A stretch of 59,328 bases of DNA, filler included, from Sphacelaria rigidula (taxonomy: Eukaryota), in the NCBI GenBank assembly GCA_964200075.2. It is 8 parts of 8 records of this genome, joined end to end, with 100 filler letters (N's around TTAATTAATTAA, not from the genome) between each part and the next. Parts side by side here need not be neighbours in the genome. Positions count along the whole stretch, not along the records: positions 7,430 to 14,758 come from CAXNAA020015416.1; positions 14,859 to 22,187 come from CAXNAA020015417.1; positions 22,288 to 29,616 come from CAXNAA020015418.1; 5 more parts are not named here. The stretch is one strand, 5' to 3'. Under the pieces are notes generated by a model. It was not told where the DNA came from and searched no databases. It saw only the letters and a list, made by a program, of their open reading frames with translations. Both the position numbers and the translations under genes were made by a program. Positions 11,683 to 24,299 of this stretch are shown one piece after another (the stretch's first letter is position 1; each line of letters begins with the position of its first letter).

Positions 11683-12247
11683 CGAGCTGGGCCAGCTGAC
11701 AGTGATTTGCGAATGTATTCGGGCCGGACAGAAATTTGACACAATATTTGTATCATCACTATGCATAACCTTCCCGGGGATGCCAAGAAAAAATACGTAC
11801 ACTTGGAGCGATTTGACGTTTCTTCAAAAACTAGAAGAATATTATTACTCCGTGAAAAAAACAAAATACGTGGGCATCGCTACTGTAGTTGTGTGTCCTT
11901 CAGGGGAGGAGATCCTGTTGTAATGGCGGCCACAACTTCCAGAAATTTGGCGCAGCATCCAACTTTTCGTGCGGCACGGCTGCGCTCTTTTAATCCAAGT
12001 GATGCAGTTGACTCCAACTATGGAGGTCACGAGTTCGAATCCCGACGTATTACTTTTTTTTGTTTCGTCGGTTAGGTGATACATTATGCAGCACATTTTT
12101 TTCATTTTATTTTCATTCAGCGGCGGTCCCGTGCGTTACAACGTCGGTCTGCAGGTCACACCGATATGCTCAAGTCGAGCTGATTTGGTAAACTTGACAA
12201 GTTGTGGTGTGACATGCAAATGCGGGATTTACTGCTGGCCCAGCCCA
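11683..12247 (+). mobile_element. MITE family CGAGCTGGGCCAGC, copy B
   Basis: TA-CGAGCTGGGCCAGC...GCTGGCCCAGCCCA-TA, with internal GACTCCA and GAGTTCGAATCCC at about 12010-12043. Confidence 0.8.
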
Positions 12248-14758
12248 TAGCACTATTTTTCTGTTCATAACCTAATCCCTGCGTTATTTTGCGTCCGAAC
12301 GGGAGTTAGGGAGGTATTGACAGTTTCTAATGAGTTTCTATTTCCAAATTATTAGGAGGAAAAACTCGAGAATACTTTTTTTTTCTGGTGATGGAAGTTT
12401 TCTTGTTTTTACACATACACTCTTCTGCCAGAGTGGTCAAGTCCGGTGAAACAAGCTGTGTCATGTCTGCATTTTCCGGTTGTCGCAGATCTGTTTCGAC
12501 TGGACCAGCATTATTGTCCAAGAACAGTCGACACGAGTAGATAAATGTTATTAATTTCTACACCTGACCACCACTTTTTTCTAAACTCGACTGATGTTCA
12601 TATTTCTTGGACGAACATACAACTTTGGCAAAACAGACAAAATACGAGCACCTGAATACGTTCATGTGACGTCGCAGATTTTGCGACGATGAACGCAAGG
12701 CAAACCAAGGAGGTAACATCCGCCCAACCATCGTTTACCCTCAAGACGAAGCAGAAGGACAAAAAAACAGTCGTTCAACATGTTGTTGTGTTTGCCATAA
12801 TTAGTGGTTTGAATGACACGCTGCGAAAATCGACTTGATGTGTGATGCGCAAGACCGGTGGTGACACGACCCTCCGGTTCGGTGCAGATGGTGCAGTATC
12901 AAGGATATCGGCGAGAGTGTGGCGAAGAACACCACCCGATGTTTTTCGTCCGACCGATCAACTCAATAGTGATGCGGATGATTCCCGGCAGCTGTCTCCT
13001 TGCACGAACGCCGTAGTGTCGAGGCGCGAGCGTTGGCAATGCTGCACGGTGAATCGAAATGTTGACTGGCATACGACGGTGTCGTTCAGATTAGTCGTCT
13101 TGCGTTTAATCACTCATTTGATTGGCATTACTATGTAGCCTCATGCACCATAGGCGATTCGCTGACGGGCGTAGCCAGATCACCCCCAGTACACTTTCGC
13201 ACCCCACGGTGCACCGCACATGCACGAACCATCATCTTCATGTACATGAGACACGGCTCTTGACTACAGCGTGGAGAAAAACAACCTTGACTTGTACAGA
13301 GACGTTTGCGCAATCTATCTACATGTACAGAAAGAACGGTCCCACTATTCTCCACAGACTGAGATCAGAACGCGAAATTGTCTTCATTGTCGTCGCCCGC
13401 TTCCGATGCCGAGTCCTCTCTCTCTCGGACGCGCTGCACTCTGAATCCGAATCTCCGATTCAGATCCCGGCTGCAGAGTTCGACTTGTGTCTGACGGGTT
13501 ATCCCTTTTGGGACTGGGCTTCCGGAATGACCAATGAGGCTGGTTAGGAATGACGCGTCTGGCGTCTGCACGAAACTGATAGTGGCGTGTGATAATCTGC
13601 GTATGTAACCGCAGGGTTATGGCGAAGACCGAAAGTGTCATCCAATCTATTTTCAGGTGCAGGGTGCGCATTAGGTGGTGTACATGTGATGTAGCAAGCA
13701 GTATCGGTCGCGGTAGAGAGCTTCCAACAGGATACGGCGACCGGCGGGCCACTCACCACTTGTGGCTTTGGATAGTATTTTTGTCTCCATCACCTTGCCA
13801 CACAGCCCTTTGTGGTCGGGGTGGGCTGCCATTCCCCTCTTCGTTACATGCGGCAAATTCTCTTCGAAGGGTATATCAGCTTTGCGGCGCGCATACATAC
13901 AGATTAGTACAGTACAAGTACAGTGCAGTACGCTCCCCGACTGCAGAAGCAGCTGCCGTTGCGTACTCCCTTGCACGTTCTGGGCAATTCTCAGCTACCG
14001 AGATCAATTGCCTATATACCGCTTCTTCATCCCTGCCTACTACATACATGCTAACTGTACACTGCAGGTCATGGGAATAGGGATAAGCAGAATTCATTAC
14101 GGTAGCTCCTTTTGTCTTTCCACGGCCCACCTGGATTTTGTGCCTCGTGAAAATGACCACATTATAGCATGCATATTCCTTCCCGTTTTTTTCCGGTCCA
14201 CCTTGTGTTGAAATAAATTACTACGTTTCAGTATATAATTGGGACCCAAAAAATACTCCGGAAAAACTCGGGAACGCTATACTGAGTTCAAGTAATACCA
14301 TAAAAACAAGCTGCGACCACCCTGCACTTAGAAACCTGGGGAAGCTCATCTGGGCCAGGGATAAGGCCCCCACACAATCTTTGCAGTGGCATCACACTCG
14401 CTACCAATTCCCGCGCTAGTCGTTCGGGTCTGGTCGGTAAATTTCGCCTCGCCGTGGTTGGGCAGGTCGGTCCCTGACATATTGTTTTATTATTCCACTA
14501 ACACAGGGTAAACCCTGTGTTAGTGGGAGTCCGGTGTTAGAAAAGTGTCGCGATGAACCCTTTGACGTGATCGCTAGAGTTGGCGCAATGGCACTTAAGC
14601 CAAGCAAGCAGACAAGCTGCTTTGGAGTGTAGACAGAAGGTGGTGTTCAAGGTGCCTCTTGCGGGCAAGACAGTCCACACAACCCACCGTGTTGAACGGT
14701 CAACCGAGGAGAGTGGTTCATGCATCACAACTGCTATCCCACATCATATCCTCACATC

Positions 14759-14858
14759 NNNNNNNNNNNNNNNNNNNNNNNNNNNNNNNNNNNNNNNNNN
14801 NNTTAATTAATTAANNNNNNNNNNNNNNNNNNNNNNNNNNNNNNNNNNNNNNNNNNNN
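14759..14858. other. Artificial contig linker
   Basis: N44-TTAATTAATTAA-N44. Confidence 0.99.
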
Positions 14859-15736
14859 CCTCCCGAAACCGTGCACTTTTTGGGGGGGGGCTATCGTAGA
14901 AAGTGTCGTATCAATTTGGGAGAGAATCTAAATTGAATATCGAGCGTGTAGAGGTGCTATCCACCGGAACCGGAGCTAAGTCCCATGTTACACGTGCATC
15001 GGGCCAGAACCCACAAATAACAGTTGGGCAGTGAAAAACAGTGCGGCGTCATACGCAGCCGAATAGTACGCACTATTGTTTTTTGTGGTCCTGCACAGCA
15101 CTACTCCGTACAGTGTAGGGCACACCGGATAGCAGCTGCTGCCGTTATGTGCAGTTGTAGGCTTAATATTTGTGTGAGGGGAGCGTTGAATAACGCCGTA
15201 AAGTTGCATCTTGAACAACAAGGAACAGGCGCTCGTGAGGGATTCTCATACTCTCCCAGTAATCCGCAGGCTTACTCCTCAGAAGCATTTGTGGTAAGAT
15301 AGAGAGTAATCTTCGTGTGCTTACTCTAGTACCTCGTTCTTTGCCATTGCGGCCACGAACATACGATTCGCAATCCTTCACCCCGATGCTGGAACGCTGG
15401 CTTCTGACCTCTTTCTTCACTTTATTGACTGTAATCTATGTTGTTCAAAAATAAGCTCTGTATATCCTCACCCCGCTTGGTATGGAAGTGAGCAGATGGC
15501 AGCGGCAACTACTGCTGTGTGTCCAGGTGCCCCTTGGAGCAGGATGCGTTTGGTGTTTGTTTGACGAAGTTATCCCCGAAAAACCGATATCGATAAGGGT
15601 TTTAGACTGAAAAAATCTAGCGAACAAGCTATCGCAAGGATCCGATCGCAAGAATCACGACGCAAGAACGGAGTCGCAAAAAACCTCTAAGTCGAATTTT
15701 CACCCGCAGCAGAACCAACTTCACTTTGTGAAATTG

Positions 15737-15950
15737 GAATATCTACGCCAAGGTATGCATACTGGTCCACGATCGGCGGTTCCTCTTCTCCCCACTTCGA
15801 TTTGAACCCTACCGGATTTTTCTTATCTTCGTTACAGACGAGTACCGCGCATTTGTCCACGTTTGCTGTCACTCTTCATCTTCTCGTGTATTCAAGCGCT
15901 TTGTCTATTTGCTTCTGCGGCCCTTCTGATGTTTCTGGAGTCCCCACAAA
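15737..15950 (-). mobile_element. Internal RT fragment of the same LINE family
   Basis: FVGTPETSEGPQKQIDKALEYTRR*RVTANVDKCAVLVCNEDKKNP...WGEEEPPIVDQYAYLGV matches 3546-3755. Confidence 0.88.
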
Positions 15951-15970
15951 GGCAGTCGGAGGGGGGGGGG

Positions 15971-16034
15971 CGTACTCATTTGTTGCTTGCCTTAGTCGTT
16001 TGACCATTGACCTCGCATCCCTTTCGAGACGGAG
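15971..16034 (-). mobile_element. 64-bp 5'-truncated LINE 3' end with a 24-bp target-site duplication
   Basis: Matches the 3' end of copy 1 (...AAATGAGTACG). Flanked by the exact direct repeat CAAAGGCAGTCGGA-G10 at 15947-15970 and 16035-16058. Confidence 0.9.
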
Positions 16035-16115
16035 CAAAGGCAGTCGGAGGGGGGGGGGAAGTGATATTTCACACCCAGTTGACCAGACGGCACCCACTTG
16101 TGTCCCTCCCAAGTA

Positions 16116-17283
16116 CCATTCTGTTCGGAAATATAGTTCACTTTGGGACTCCGGACCGCATATCTCCTGCTGTAGACCGAATGTTTCGAAACAGTATTTT
16201 TGCACCGCATAACTTGTTTAGGCGGGAACCGCCAAAAACGCACTCTTCAAAAGTCAGACCACAACCCCCTGTCAGCGAGCGCCAAGTCGCACCAAAACGA
16301 GCTCGCTCGCGGAAATCCCCTGTTGGAGCACTTATCTGCGGACCTACCAACATGTCCGAATCCGAAGGCGCTGCCAATGTACCAAAGCGCAAGAATTTGA
16401 CCATCCGGAGAAACGCGGCATGATTGCTGAGCTGCTCAAGGGCAGCACCAACGGGGTTCTGCAACATGCTGACATCAAGAGGGTGGCGACCATTTCCAAG
16501 CAGCATCCACGCACGGTGAGCAAGTATTGGCAGCAATACATGCCAGAAGGAGGCCGGTGTAGAAGATCCTGACCTCCACACCAAACGTAAAGGCAACAGC
16601 GGCCGGAACGACGTCACCGCTCTGAGGGAGGAGCTGCAACAGATACCCCTCAAGAATCGCACAACGCTACGATCAATTGCGGCCGCTTTGGATCTTGCGC
16701 CGACAACCCTGCACGATAACCTCACGAAGTTAGGCCTACGCGCATGCTCGAGATTCCTGAAGCCACTTCTTCGTAACGAGGGAAAGGCTGCCAGGCTGGA
16801 GTGGGCTTTGAGATGGCTCCGGACCTCCCCTAGCGGTGCACGCCGGTTCCGCAACTTCTTCGACTTCGTTCACTTGGACGAGAAGTGGTACCCCAGGGAT
16901 GATGCACCAGCATCCCCGGTTAATCCCGCCCCATTTTTCTTTTTCTCCGCCTGAAAGCACGGTCGATGATGGATTCCGGAAGGACTTGGTCATCAAACAA
17001 CGCGATCACTTTCCCAACACTACCGAAGGCGAACTATGGTACCGTATCGCGTCTATGGCTGAAACCTCGGGGTTGCTGAACCAGCGTCCCCGCCCCCCCC
17101 TAGCCCACCCCCTAGCCCCCCAAACCTCTTTTGTTTTTTATTGCCTTTGAGCAGAAATTGACCGTGGCACATATTAGAGCGCAATAGAACTAGAACGCTA
17201 ACAGATCCTCTGTACCCCGATAGTCCAAAAGTGAACTATATTGCCGGATTTCCAAAAGTGAACACTATTTACGAACAGAGTGG
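16116..17283 (+). mobile_element. Internally deleted Tc1/mariner element (plant-type DD39D/Stowaway-like)
   Basis: TA-flanked imperfect TIRs of about 33 bp (CCATTCTGTTCGGAAATATAGTTCACTTTGGGA versus CCACTCTGTTCGTAAATAGTGTTCACTTTTGGA) enclosing a transposase fragment. Confidence 0.88.
16352..16890 (+). pseudogene. Truncated, frameshifted mariner transposase (HTH region up to the first catalytic Asp)
   Basis: KRKGNSGR...RTTLRSIAAALDLAPTTLH...KPLLRNEGKAARLEWAL...FDFVHLDEKWY follows the DD39D mariner pattern and stops after DEKWY. Confidence 0.88.
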
Positions 17284-19859
17284 TAGGGCTGAACGTCGCA
17301 GTGCTGTTGCACTTTTTTGTATTTAGCACACATGACAGTCGATATGTGGCTGGTAGTTGTATTTGTCTGTCGTGGGCCATTCGTCGAGGAGTACAGCGGG
17401 AGATGACGAAGGGACTGCGGGGTCTACGCGTGCTTTAATGTGTTCGATTGATCACCTTGTTGGGCCGATTGATGGCTCTGTTAAGAGCTTGTGCTTGTTG
17501 ATGGCGTGAGGAATGACCTCTTCTTGATGTCACCGTGGCGTGTCCTTCGTTATCGTGGTGGCCTTTTGTTCTGACTACCCGACACGCATGACCTGCCTCG
17601 TTCTGTGCTACCTTTCTATCTGTGACTACTAGTCCCGTCGTGTCATGTGTTCTGACGGCTTCCGATACTCACAGAATGGGGCAGGACGCGGCGGGGTGGT
17701 GTGACCATGTGATTCTTGACTAGATTTCCTTGTAGGCGTATGAGTATGCGAGAATCGACTTGTGCTGGGGTGTATTGGGGGGGTGGCAGCAATTGTAGGG
17801 AGCATTTGATGCTTACTATTGATACATCTTCCAGTTTCTTCGTTTACTTCCTGCGGTGTCTCGCCCCATTCGCTTAGAAGACGTCGAGCATCCTGCTCGA
17901 GCGAAACTCGCAAGTATGTGCTCGACAGCGGTTGGTAACGATATTCAACACGCACGCGCTCACAGAGCATAACGAGTTTCACGCAGACATGCAAGCGCAT
18001 GAGGAGTGTGTGAGATCCTATAGCACACATTCGAATCTCTATATTTCGCTCGATCAAATACCCCCCCCGCATTTCCTGGGTTCTCCACAGACCTAAATGG
18101 ATGGAATCTGAACATTCCCGCCTTCTCCACTCTCCGTCCTTCCTGGGACGCGAGATCAATTTCCTCGAACACGAGTAAAGTGATGCTACGGTACGGGTGC
18201 AATTTTTAGTTCAGACGTTTTTGGGGACTGCACACTAAGGCCCTAATGTTTGGAATCGAGAAGCTCCTGAAGTGCAAAGCGTCAATATATATATATATAT
18301 TGTTTATTCATCTGTTGCACCCTGAACCCCTGCCCTTCCTCGGGACGAGTCCGTGGTCTCAAGGAAGGGATCGGCCCATCTCTTGCATGTTGATCTCGCT
18401 GGTCATGACCACCACCCCCACACCGCATTGACTCTCGTCGAACAAACCCAGTCAAGTGCGTTTTGCCTACTCATGTACTCACGCTTTCGATGATGGAAAA
18501 TTAGATACTAGGGAGAATACACCTAATTAGTCGGGACCCGAACCCATGATCTCTCTACCCTAGTGATGACAGTCGGACGTTTTTCCATTCACACAACCGG
18601 GGCGCGGCGGCTACAAATGGTGCACACCGCTACCATAGAAGGCACTTACTACGGTAGCCCCCCCAAACCAGCCCAATACTATAACGCAGATAATGCTCAT
18701 ACAGCCCCTGATCTTTCGTTTCAGGCTGCATGAAGCGCCTCATATGGGCGACATGGGTGAAAACGAACCCGAGCGTGGGATTATCCAGCTGCTCGTTGTG
18801 CTCGGCTTTCTTCATTTCGATCCACGTGTAAAATTTTCATCCTCAAACCAGTCACCTTTTTCGGGTGGGCTATCGTCGAAAATGTCAGGATAACTCGATA
18901 GAAAACAGGAGTCGCTCTTTTTTTTTTCGAATAATGAAGGGCATAGCCGATGAAAAGGAAAGACACGAGCATCGTAGATATCGTCCTCACAGGTGCCCGA
19001 ACTACCACTAGTGCGGGGGTCATTTTCCCCCTTTTTTCGCTTCTGAGGTTGAGTGAACACCTTGCGATGATGCGCCCTGCGCATGGGGGAAACAATACAA
19101 ACATGCGGTTGAATAGTGCTTTTCCCTTCCGTCTGTGAAAATAACGTTGACGTTGAGAAACGCTTCATGTCTCGTAGCTACTTTTGTGCATACTTCAACC
19201 GTTGGAGGTGCCATGTTAGTCACTATATAATATCGTAGTGTGTAAATACCACTCGTTTGGACATACTGCTACTACTACTGCTGCTGCTGCTACTACTACA
19301 AAACGCCGGTGACAACTAAGCACTCTACACACGGGACATCAGACACCTAACGTAAGAGTGTAACTCTCTCGTGCGATCCCGTGTGCTAGACTGCAGGGCG
19401 CCGCTTCCTCTCGCGAGTAATAGTACACCGATGAGATGGCAATCACGCCGCCCCCACAAGCTCATCACTTACCATGACCACAATTATAGGATCAGCAGGT
19501 TCAGTGTGGTGTACCTCCTGTACCTACCAGTGGTCCGGGCAAGTTTGGCGAGGCGTGAGATAGTGTTGCCACTTTGGTTACAGGTTATCGCTACCGTGCG
19601 CTCGTGTGCATACATGTGTACAGTATGAGCGTGGTCGGCATCCGAGGTCATCGGGACAGAGCGGGCGAGGAGCAAAAGCAAATATTCGAACCTCGCAAAG
19701 CCCACCAGACGTTTCGGCTTTGGTTGAAGCTTCTTGATCGATTTCTCAAACAAAATTGATAATTGATTGCTCTGCTTCGCAATCGCGCTTCCAATTTTCT
19801 TTTTCCTTTTCCTTTGTTAGGCTTCTTGTTGTACTTGTTATATATCGAAAAATATATAA

Positions 19860-19968
19860 CTTGTTGAAACGCGTTTTTTTTTATCTTTTTCCGTCATTTT
19901 TGCCCCGAGAAGAGGGCTCAGCGGATGTTGACACCTCAAACCGTTCCAGAGCACCTTTTCGTTTTCCG
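19860..19968 (+). repeat. Fragment of the PIF-like MITE family seen at 51270-51592 and 49528-49998
   Basis: Shared TTGTTGAAA...CCGTC.TTTT...GAAGAGGGCT..GCGGATGTT.ACACCT...CCGTTCCAGAGCACCTT. Confidence 0.6.
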
Positions 19969-19986
19969 TAGGTCACAATGTAGTGG

Positions 19987-20174
19987 GTGAGAGGACCGCG
20001 TGCTTAGAGGACCGCACCGTAGCTCGAAACACGTCAGTATCGACGTTTTCCAAAACCATCGGGCCAATCCCTGCAGGTACCACGACCCTGACCCCAACAC
20101 TAACCCTAACCCCAACCCCAACCGTAGGGATGTTCAACTTCCGACGCGGTCCTCCAAGCACGTGGTCCTCACAC
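19987..20174. mobile_element. Small MITE with 29-bp TIRs and an internal degenerate (CCCTAA)n-like tract
   Basis: GTGAGAGGACCGCGTGCTTAGAGGACCGC versus the reverse complement of GCGGTCCTCCAAGCACGTGGTCCTCACAC (3 mismatches). Hexamer tract at 20084-20123. Confidence 0.7.
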
Positions 20175-22187
20175 GCATTTCAACAGTTTCCGTTCTTGGC
20201 CAAGAATTAGACAGTACAGTTATGGGTAGGAATTGCAGATTTTCGTTACTATATTCATGGAAAGTGCAAGCTGAACGCTACATGCGTCAGATGTGGCCGG
20301 TAGTCCAACGGGTCATACAGTATCAACGGAAAATACAAGCGTCACCTACAAATGACGATTTGGCTCACAAGAAATGAACTATATTTCTAGTACATTTATT
20401 CAAGTCTGGGAGTGGTCGGTGTTGGGGTGATTTTGTTCCTCCGGAAAGCTCGCTCCACATCAATAGATGGACAATCTTGTTGCACTAGCGAGTGTCCTGC
20501 TTTTGTCTGTACCAGTCGGGAAGCACACGCCCCCGAGCTGCCACCCCACGTTTACCGTCACTGCGAAGAGAACAAGACAAGAGCACGAACAGCAGCTGTT
20601 GTGGTCGCTACACACAAACGTAACTGCAGTGGAAGGCGTGGCTGACATGGTGCTAGGACGAGAAAGAACGGAAAGTTGAAGATCATGAGCAGCAGCGTCA
20701 CGCATCCGAAATTATGAGAACTATGCTGATGATGTTGACGCTCGAGAGGTTCACGCTGTGCGGATTGGCTACGCGCTGCATTTCCTACACACAGCTATGA
20801 CTGCGGGATTGGAGAGTGAATTTCTGATAGGCCCCATGGTGTCATGAAGACGCATACTAGCCTGTTGTCATGCCGCTTCAGACCCGTTGTCGAAGGCTGG
20901 CTTTCGGTAATATTGGGAATCCCGGTAAACAAGACTGCAGGTCTGTTCAGAGTTGGTCGGGTACGGATATGAGCTTGTATATTGGTAAAGGATGGCGAGA
21001 TAAATCAGCTGGAACCGATATAGCTCGCCCATCCTCCACACTATCAACTGCTTCTCTATTGCCCTCCAGCAAAAGAAGTCTAACTATCGGTGAGATGCAT
21101 TGGATTGGTTTGGATTGATTGAGTGGACACTGGAGATAGAATCAAGATAATCAAGAGAGAAGTGAAGGACCTATTCGCGTGAAACCTCGTCTGATATTGG
21201 ATACTGAGCAGGTCACACGGTATCTACAAGTTGTAGCAGCCTGACGGTTGTGCACTTGCCTGCCAAGCTTGTGCCTTGGGTTGCAAGCTGTGTCCTTGCA
21301 ATATACTGCCGCTTGCTCTTCATTACATTGACGTTTGACTAAGGAGCTTCTTCCTTGGCTATTGCGTTTCTTTCTTGTACCGATTTGTATCCCTGGCTGC
21401 CAGCTGTGTACTCCAACCTTTTGATCATTTGCCCCTTTTCCCTTCAGGACAGTTATCGTCAAAGCTACCGCCCAGGTAGTCAGTAGCTCTACAAGCTTCT
21501 GCCCCGCGTGTCTCTCGGTAAAGTGTATTCGTACCCTGCTACTTGCAATTGCTGTAGCGCTCAACGGCACATCTTGTGTGGCCAACGTGGGGTCAACGCG
21601 CACTGCTTGCTATTCTTGCCGTGCTGTCAATTTGACTTCACCTGCACAAGGTCCATCCAACGGTATCAGTTCCGCCTGCACGACAGTGAACTTTTTCGTG
21701 ATTCACCAGCCCGGCACGACCACCGCACCAAGCCATCGTTGGCTCGTGTATTTGGTCTTGTGGCCCCCTTTCCTTCTGCAGAACAAGCCTTCTACTACAG
21801 GTTTGTACAGAACACAATAATCGATTACACTTACGCTCCAGGATCTGCCTCGATACGACGGAAATAGGTATGGAGATTAGATCATGACGTGCAACGGAGA
21901 TACGAATAAGAGATCATTCTGTTATTTAAGGCATACCCTATGTAGTGGTTGCAGTGCATATCTGCTGGGGCGGCACACGCCTTTTCGCGTGCCGAAAATC
22001 TGGGATTATAGCATGTCATTTTGTATGAGCGTTTTCCCCAGGAATTAGTACCCCATGTGACGCTAGCAGGTCTGCAACCCACCATTTTCCAGCTGATCAC
22101 TCGCTCCATCGCTGAGGAAATTGAATTTGATCACCTCCTCCGGGCGAGTGCAATGCACCTTATCCCCACCATGCACCATATCCTCGT

Positions 22188-22287
22188 NNNNNNNNNNNNN
22201 NNNNNNNNNNNNNNNNNNNNNNNNNNNNNNNTTAATTAATTAANNNNNNNNNNNNNNNNNNNNNNNNNNNNNNNNNNNNNNNNNNNN
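22188..22287. other. Artificial contig linker
   Basis: N44-TTAATTAATTAA-N44. Confidence 0.99.
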
Positions 22288-22585
22288 GGGTGAGCTGCAT
22301 CCTGCTAAGATTGTTCGGCCGGAAGCCTGCTGATTATCTTGCATTTGGAGGGGGTGAGACAGGTGTAACGCCAGCAGGTTGCTAGTACTGCAGCAAGCCG
22401 TGCTTGTGCAGTTACAGCACGAAACAAACTGGAAGTCAGACCCGTATTTAGTCATGGATACCGTGGTGGCTTGAGCTCAGGCATGGCGGCGGGTCGAAGT
22501 ATTCGGAAAATCATCCACTTCGTCGCCGCAGTCTTCGAGCTCGCGTAACCGCGGATCAAAATCCGCAGGCAGTGCCGCCGCCAAT

Positions 22586-23110
22586 ATTACTTGCTATCAG
22601 TGTTGCCAGGTAGGTCACATCGCACGGAAGTACCCAATGCCTTCTGAGGAGGAGTCTGGGCAGACGAGTGCCGCGCGCCCTCGCAATCACAAAGGAGGGA
22701 AAGGTAATCGGGGTGGTGGCGGAGGCGGATCATCCAGCGGTGGAGGTGCACGGTCGACTTCCCAACAGCAGCAGCAGGGGCAGCGGCGTCAGCAGGGGTT
22801 CGGTTGTGGGTCCGGCTAAGCCGCAGGGGCTGGTGCTCCACAACGGGCGGTGCAGGTGGGATCGACACTAGAGTGCCGTCTTCCGTTGGATGTAGCAGCC
22901 ACTGCAGCATGGCATCGTCCTCCCACGCCACTCCAAGGCTTTTCCACACTTGATTCGATACTGCCAGTTCGCTCCGACCAGGCAACCTTACTGTCGAGTC
23001 GTCACCAAGCGCGCTTGGTCTGACAGCACGAAAGAGGTTCAAAGTTGCCGAATCTCCTTGGCTGGTGAGGTGGTCGGTGTCAACAGCTCCGAGTTTTGGG
23101 GGACTGTTAG
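22586..23110 (+). pseudogene. LTR-retrotransposon gag (Zn knuckle) to protease-like relic
   Basis: ITCYQCCQVGHIARKYP at 22586-22636 is a degenerate CX2CX4HX4C knuckle. It is followed by a G/Q-rich linker and a weak FDTASS protease-like motif. Confidence 0.5.
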
Positions 23111-23725
23111 GCACGAACCGGACTCACGGCGCCTCCGGCAAAGGCCCAAATCTCGATCGCCCTTCGAAAGAAAACGTGCTCTTGTTTTTCCTGAAGAACT
23201 CGTTGCCGTATTAAATCCATATGGTAATCCATGGACCACCCGGACCCATACCTTTATTAACTTACCCTTTGTGCGAAAAAGAATAGGAATTACCGCTGAC
23301 CCTAGAATTTTCATCTGAGGTATCTTGCTGTTACTAGGGTTAGTGGACCTCAAAATTCCTGCTCCCTGCCGTTGCAACTCATTTGCTATATTACCCCACG
23401 TTACCAACAACCTTCACGACTGTTTCGATGCATAGCTCCCCCCCCCCGCCCCGGTGCCCAGGGACACCGTTGCTGGTGAGCGGTGGCTACTCTTGCTGTG
23501 GTGCCAAACTTCAGCTTGTACCCACAGCTGCTGTGCATCGTTCCTACTCGCTTCGGCTAAAATGGCGTTCGCGCTTCACCAGTGTAACGATAGCGAACAA
23601 AAGAATAAAGGGGAAGGAGAACGAAGGGAGCAGCAATATCACCGGACAAAACAGGTTCACGCGTGTGCATTTGGCCAGGGTATCACGTGTCGGGGACAGC
23701 CAGGTATAAATTCATGGACTCCCAA

Positions 23726-24020
23726 GGGAATTCCGGCTCCATGTCAACCTGTTCGAACACACATGGGAAAACCCTGGCCCCCTGTCAACCTGTTCGGAAA
23801 TAAATGGGAAATCCCGGCTCCCTGTCAACCTGTTCGAAAACACATGAGAAATCCTGGATCCCTGTCAACCTGTTCACACACGTATGGGAAACTCCTGGCC
23901 CCCTGTCAACCTGTTCGAAAACACATGGGAAATCCTGACTCCCTGTCAACCTGTTCGAAAACACATGGGAAGTCCTGCTCCCCTGTCAACCGTTCGAAAA
24001 CACGTGGGAAGTCCTGTGAC
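23726..24020. repeat. Minisatellite, ~7 copies of a 40-41-bp unit
   Basis: TGTCAACC core at 23742, 23783, 23823, 23863, 23904, 23944 and 23984. Approximate consensus CCTGGCCCCCTGTCAACCTGTTCGAAAACACATGGGAAAT. Confidence 0.95.
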
Positions 24021-24299
24021 CCACCGCTGCGGATAATATTAATCAAATAATAAGTAATGGTATGTTCAACAGTGCAGCTGGAAACACCCACCCACGTCTT
24101 CACAGTCGAAATGTAAGCTAGAAGTACACGGTTGGGTCTGATCTCTTAGAATCGAAACAACTTCACATAACTCTCCATTTGTTTTACGCATGCATTGCTC
24201 GCATATACTCTTTGAAGATATCTACAAAGGGCGCAACCGATTAAACAGGGGGAACCACGTAGAGGTTACATCCATTTTCCATGACAATAAAGCATTTCG

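Noticed and set aside
14881-14910. G-run followed by TATCGTA.A.AGTGTC, also seen at about 29912-29938, as another C-run-linked element
   Set aside because: Only about 16 bp of similarity in two copies, too short to call.
20460-22187. Possible decayed retroelement coding sequence
   Set aside because: No convincing RT, integrase or recombinase motif could be reconstructed by eye.
23726-24020. CRISPR array
   Set aside because: Units are tandem with no unique spacers, there are no cas genes, and the context is eukaryotic.
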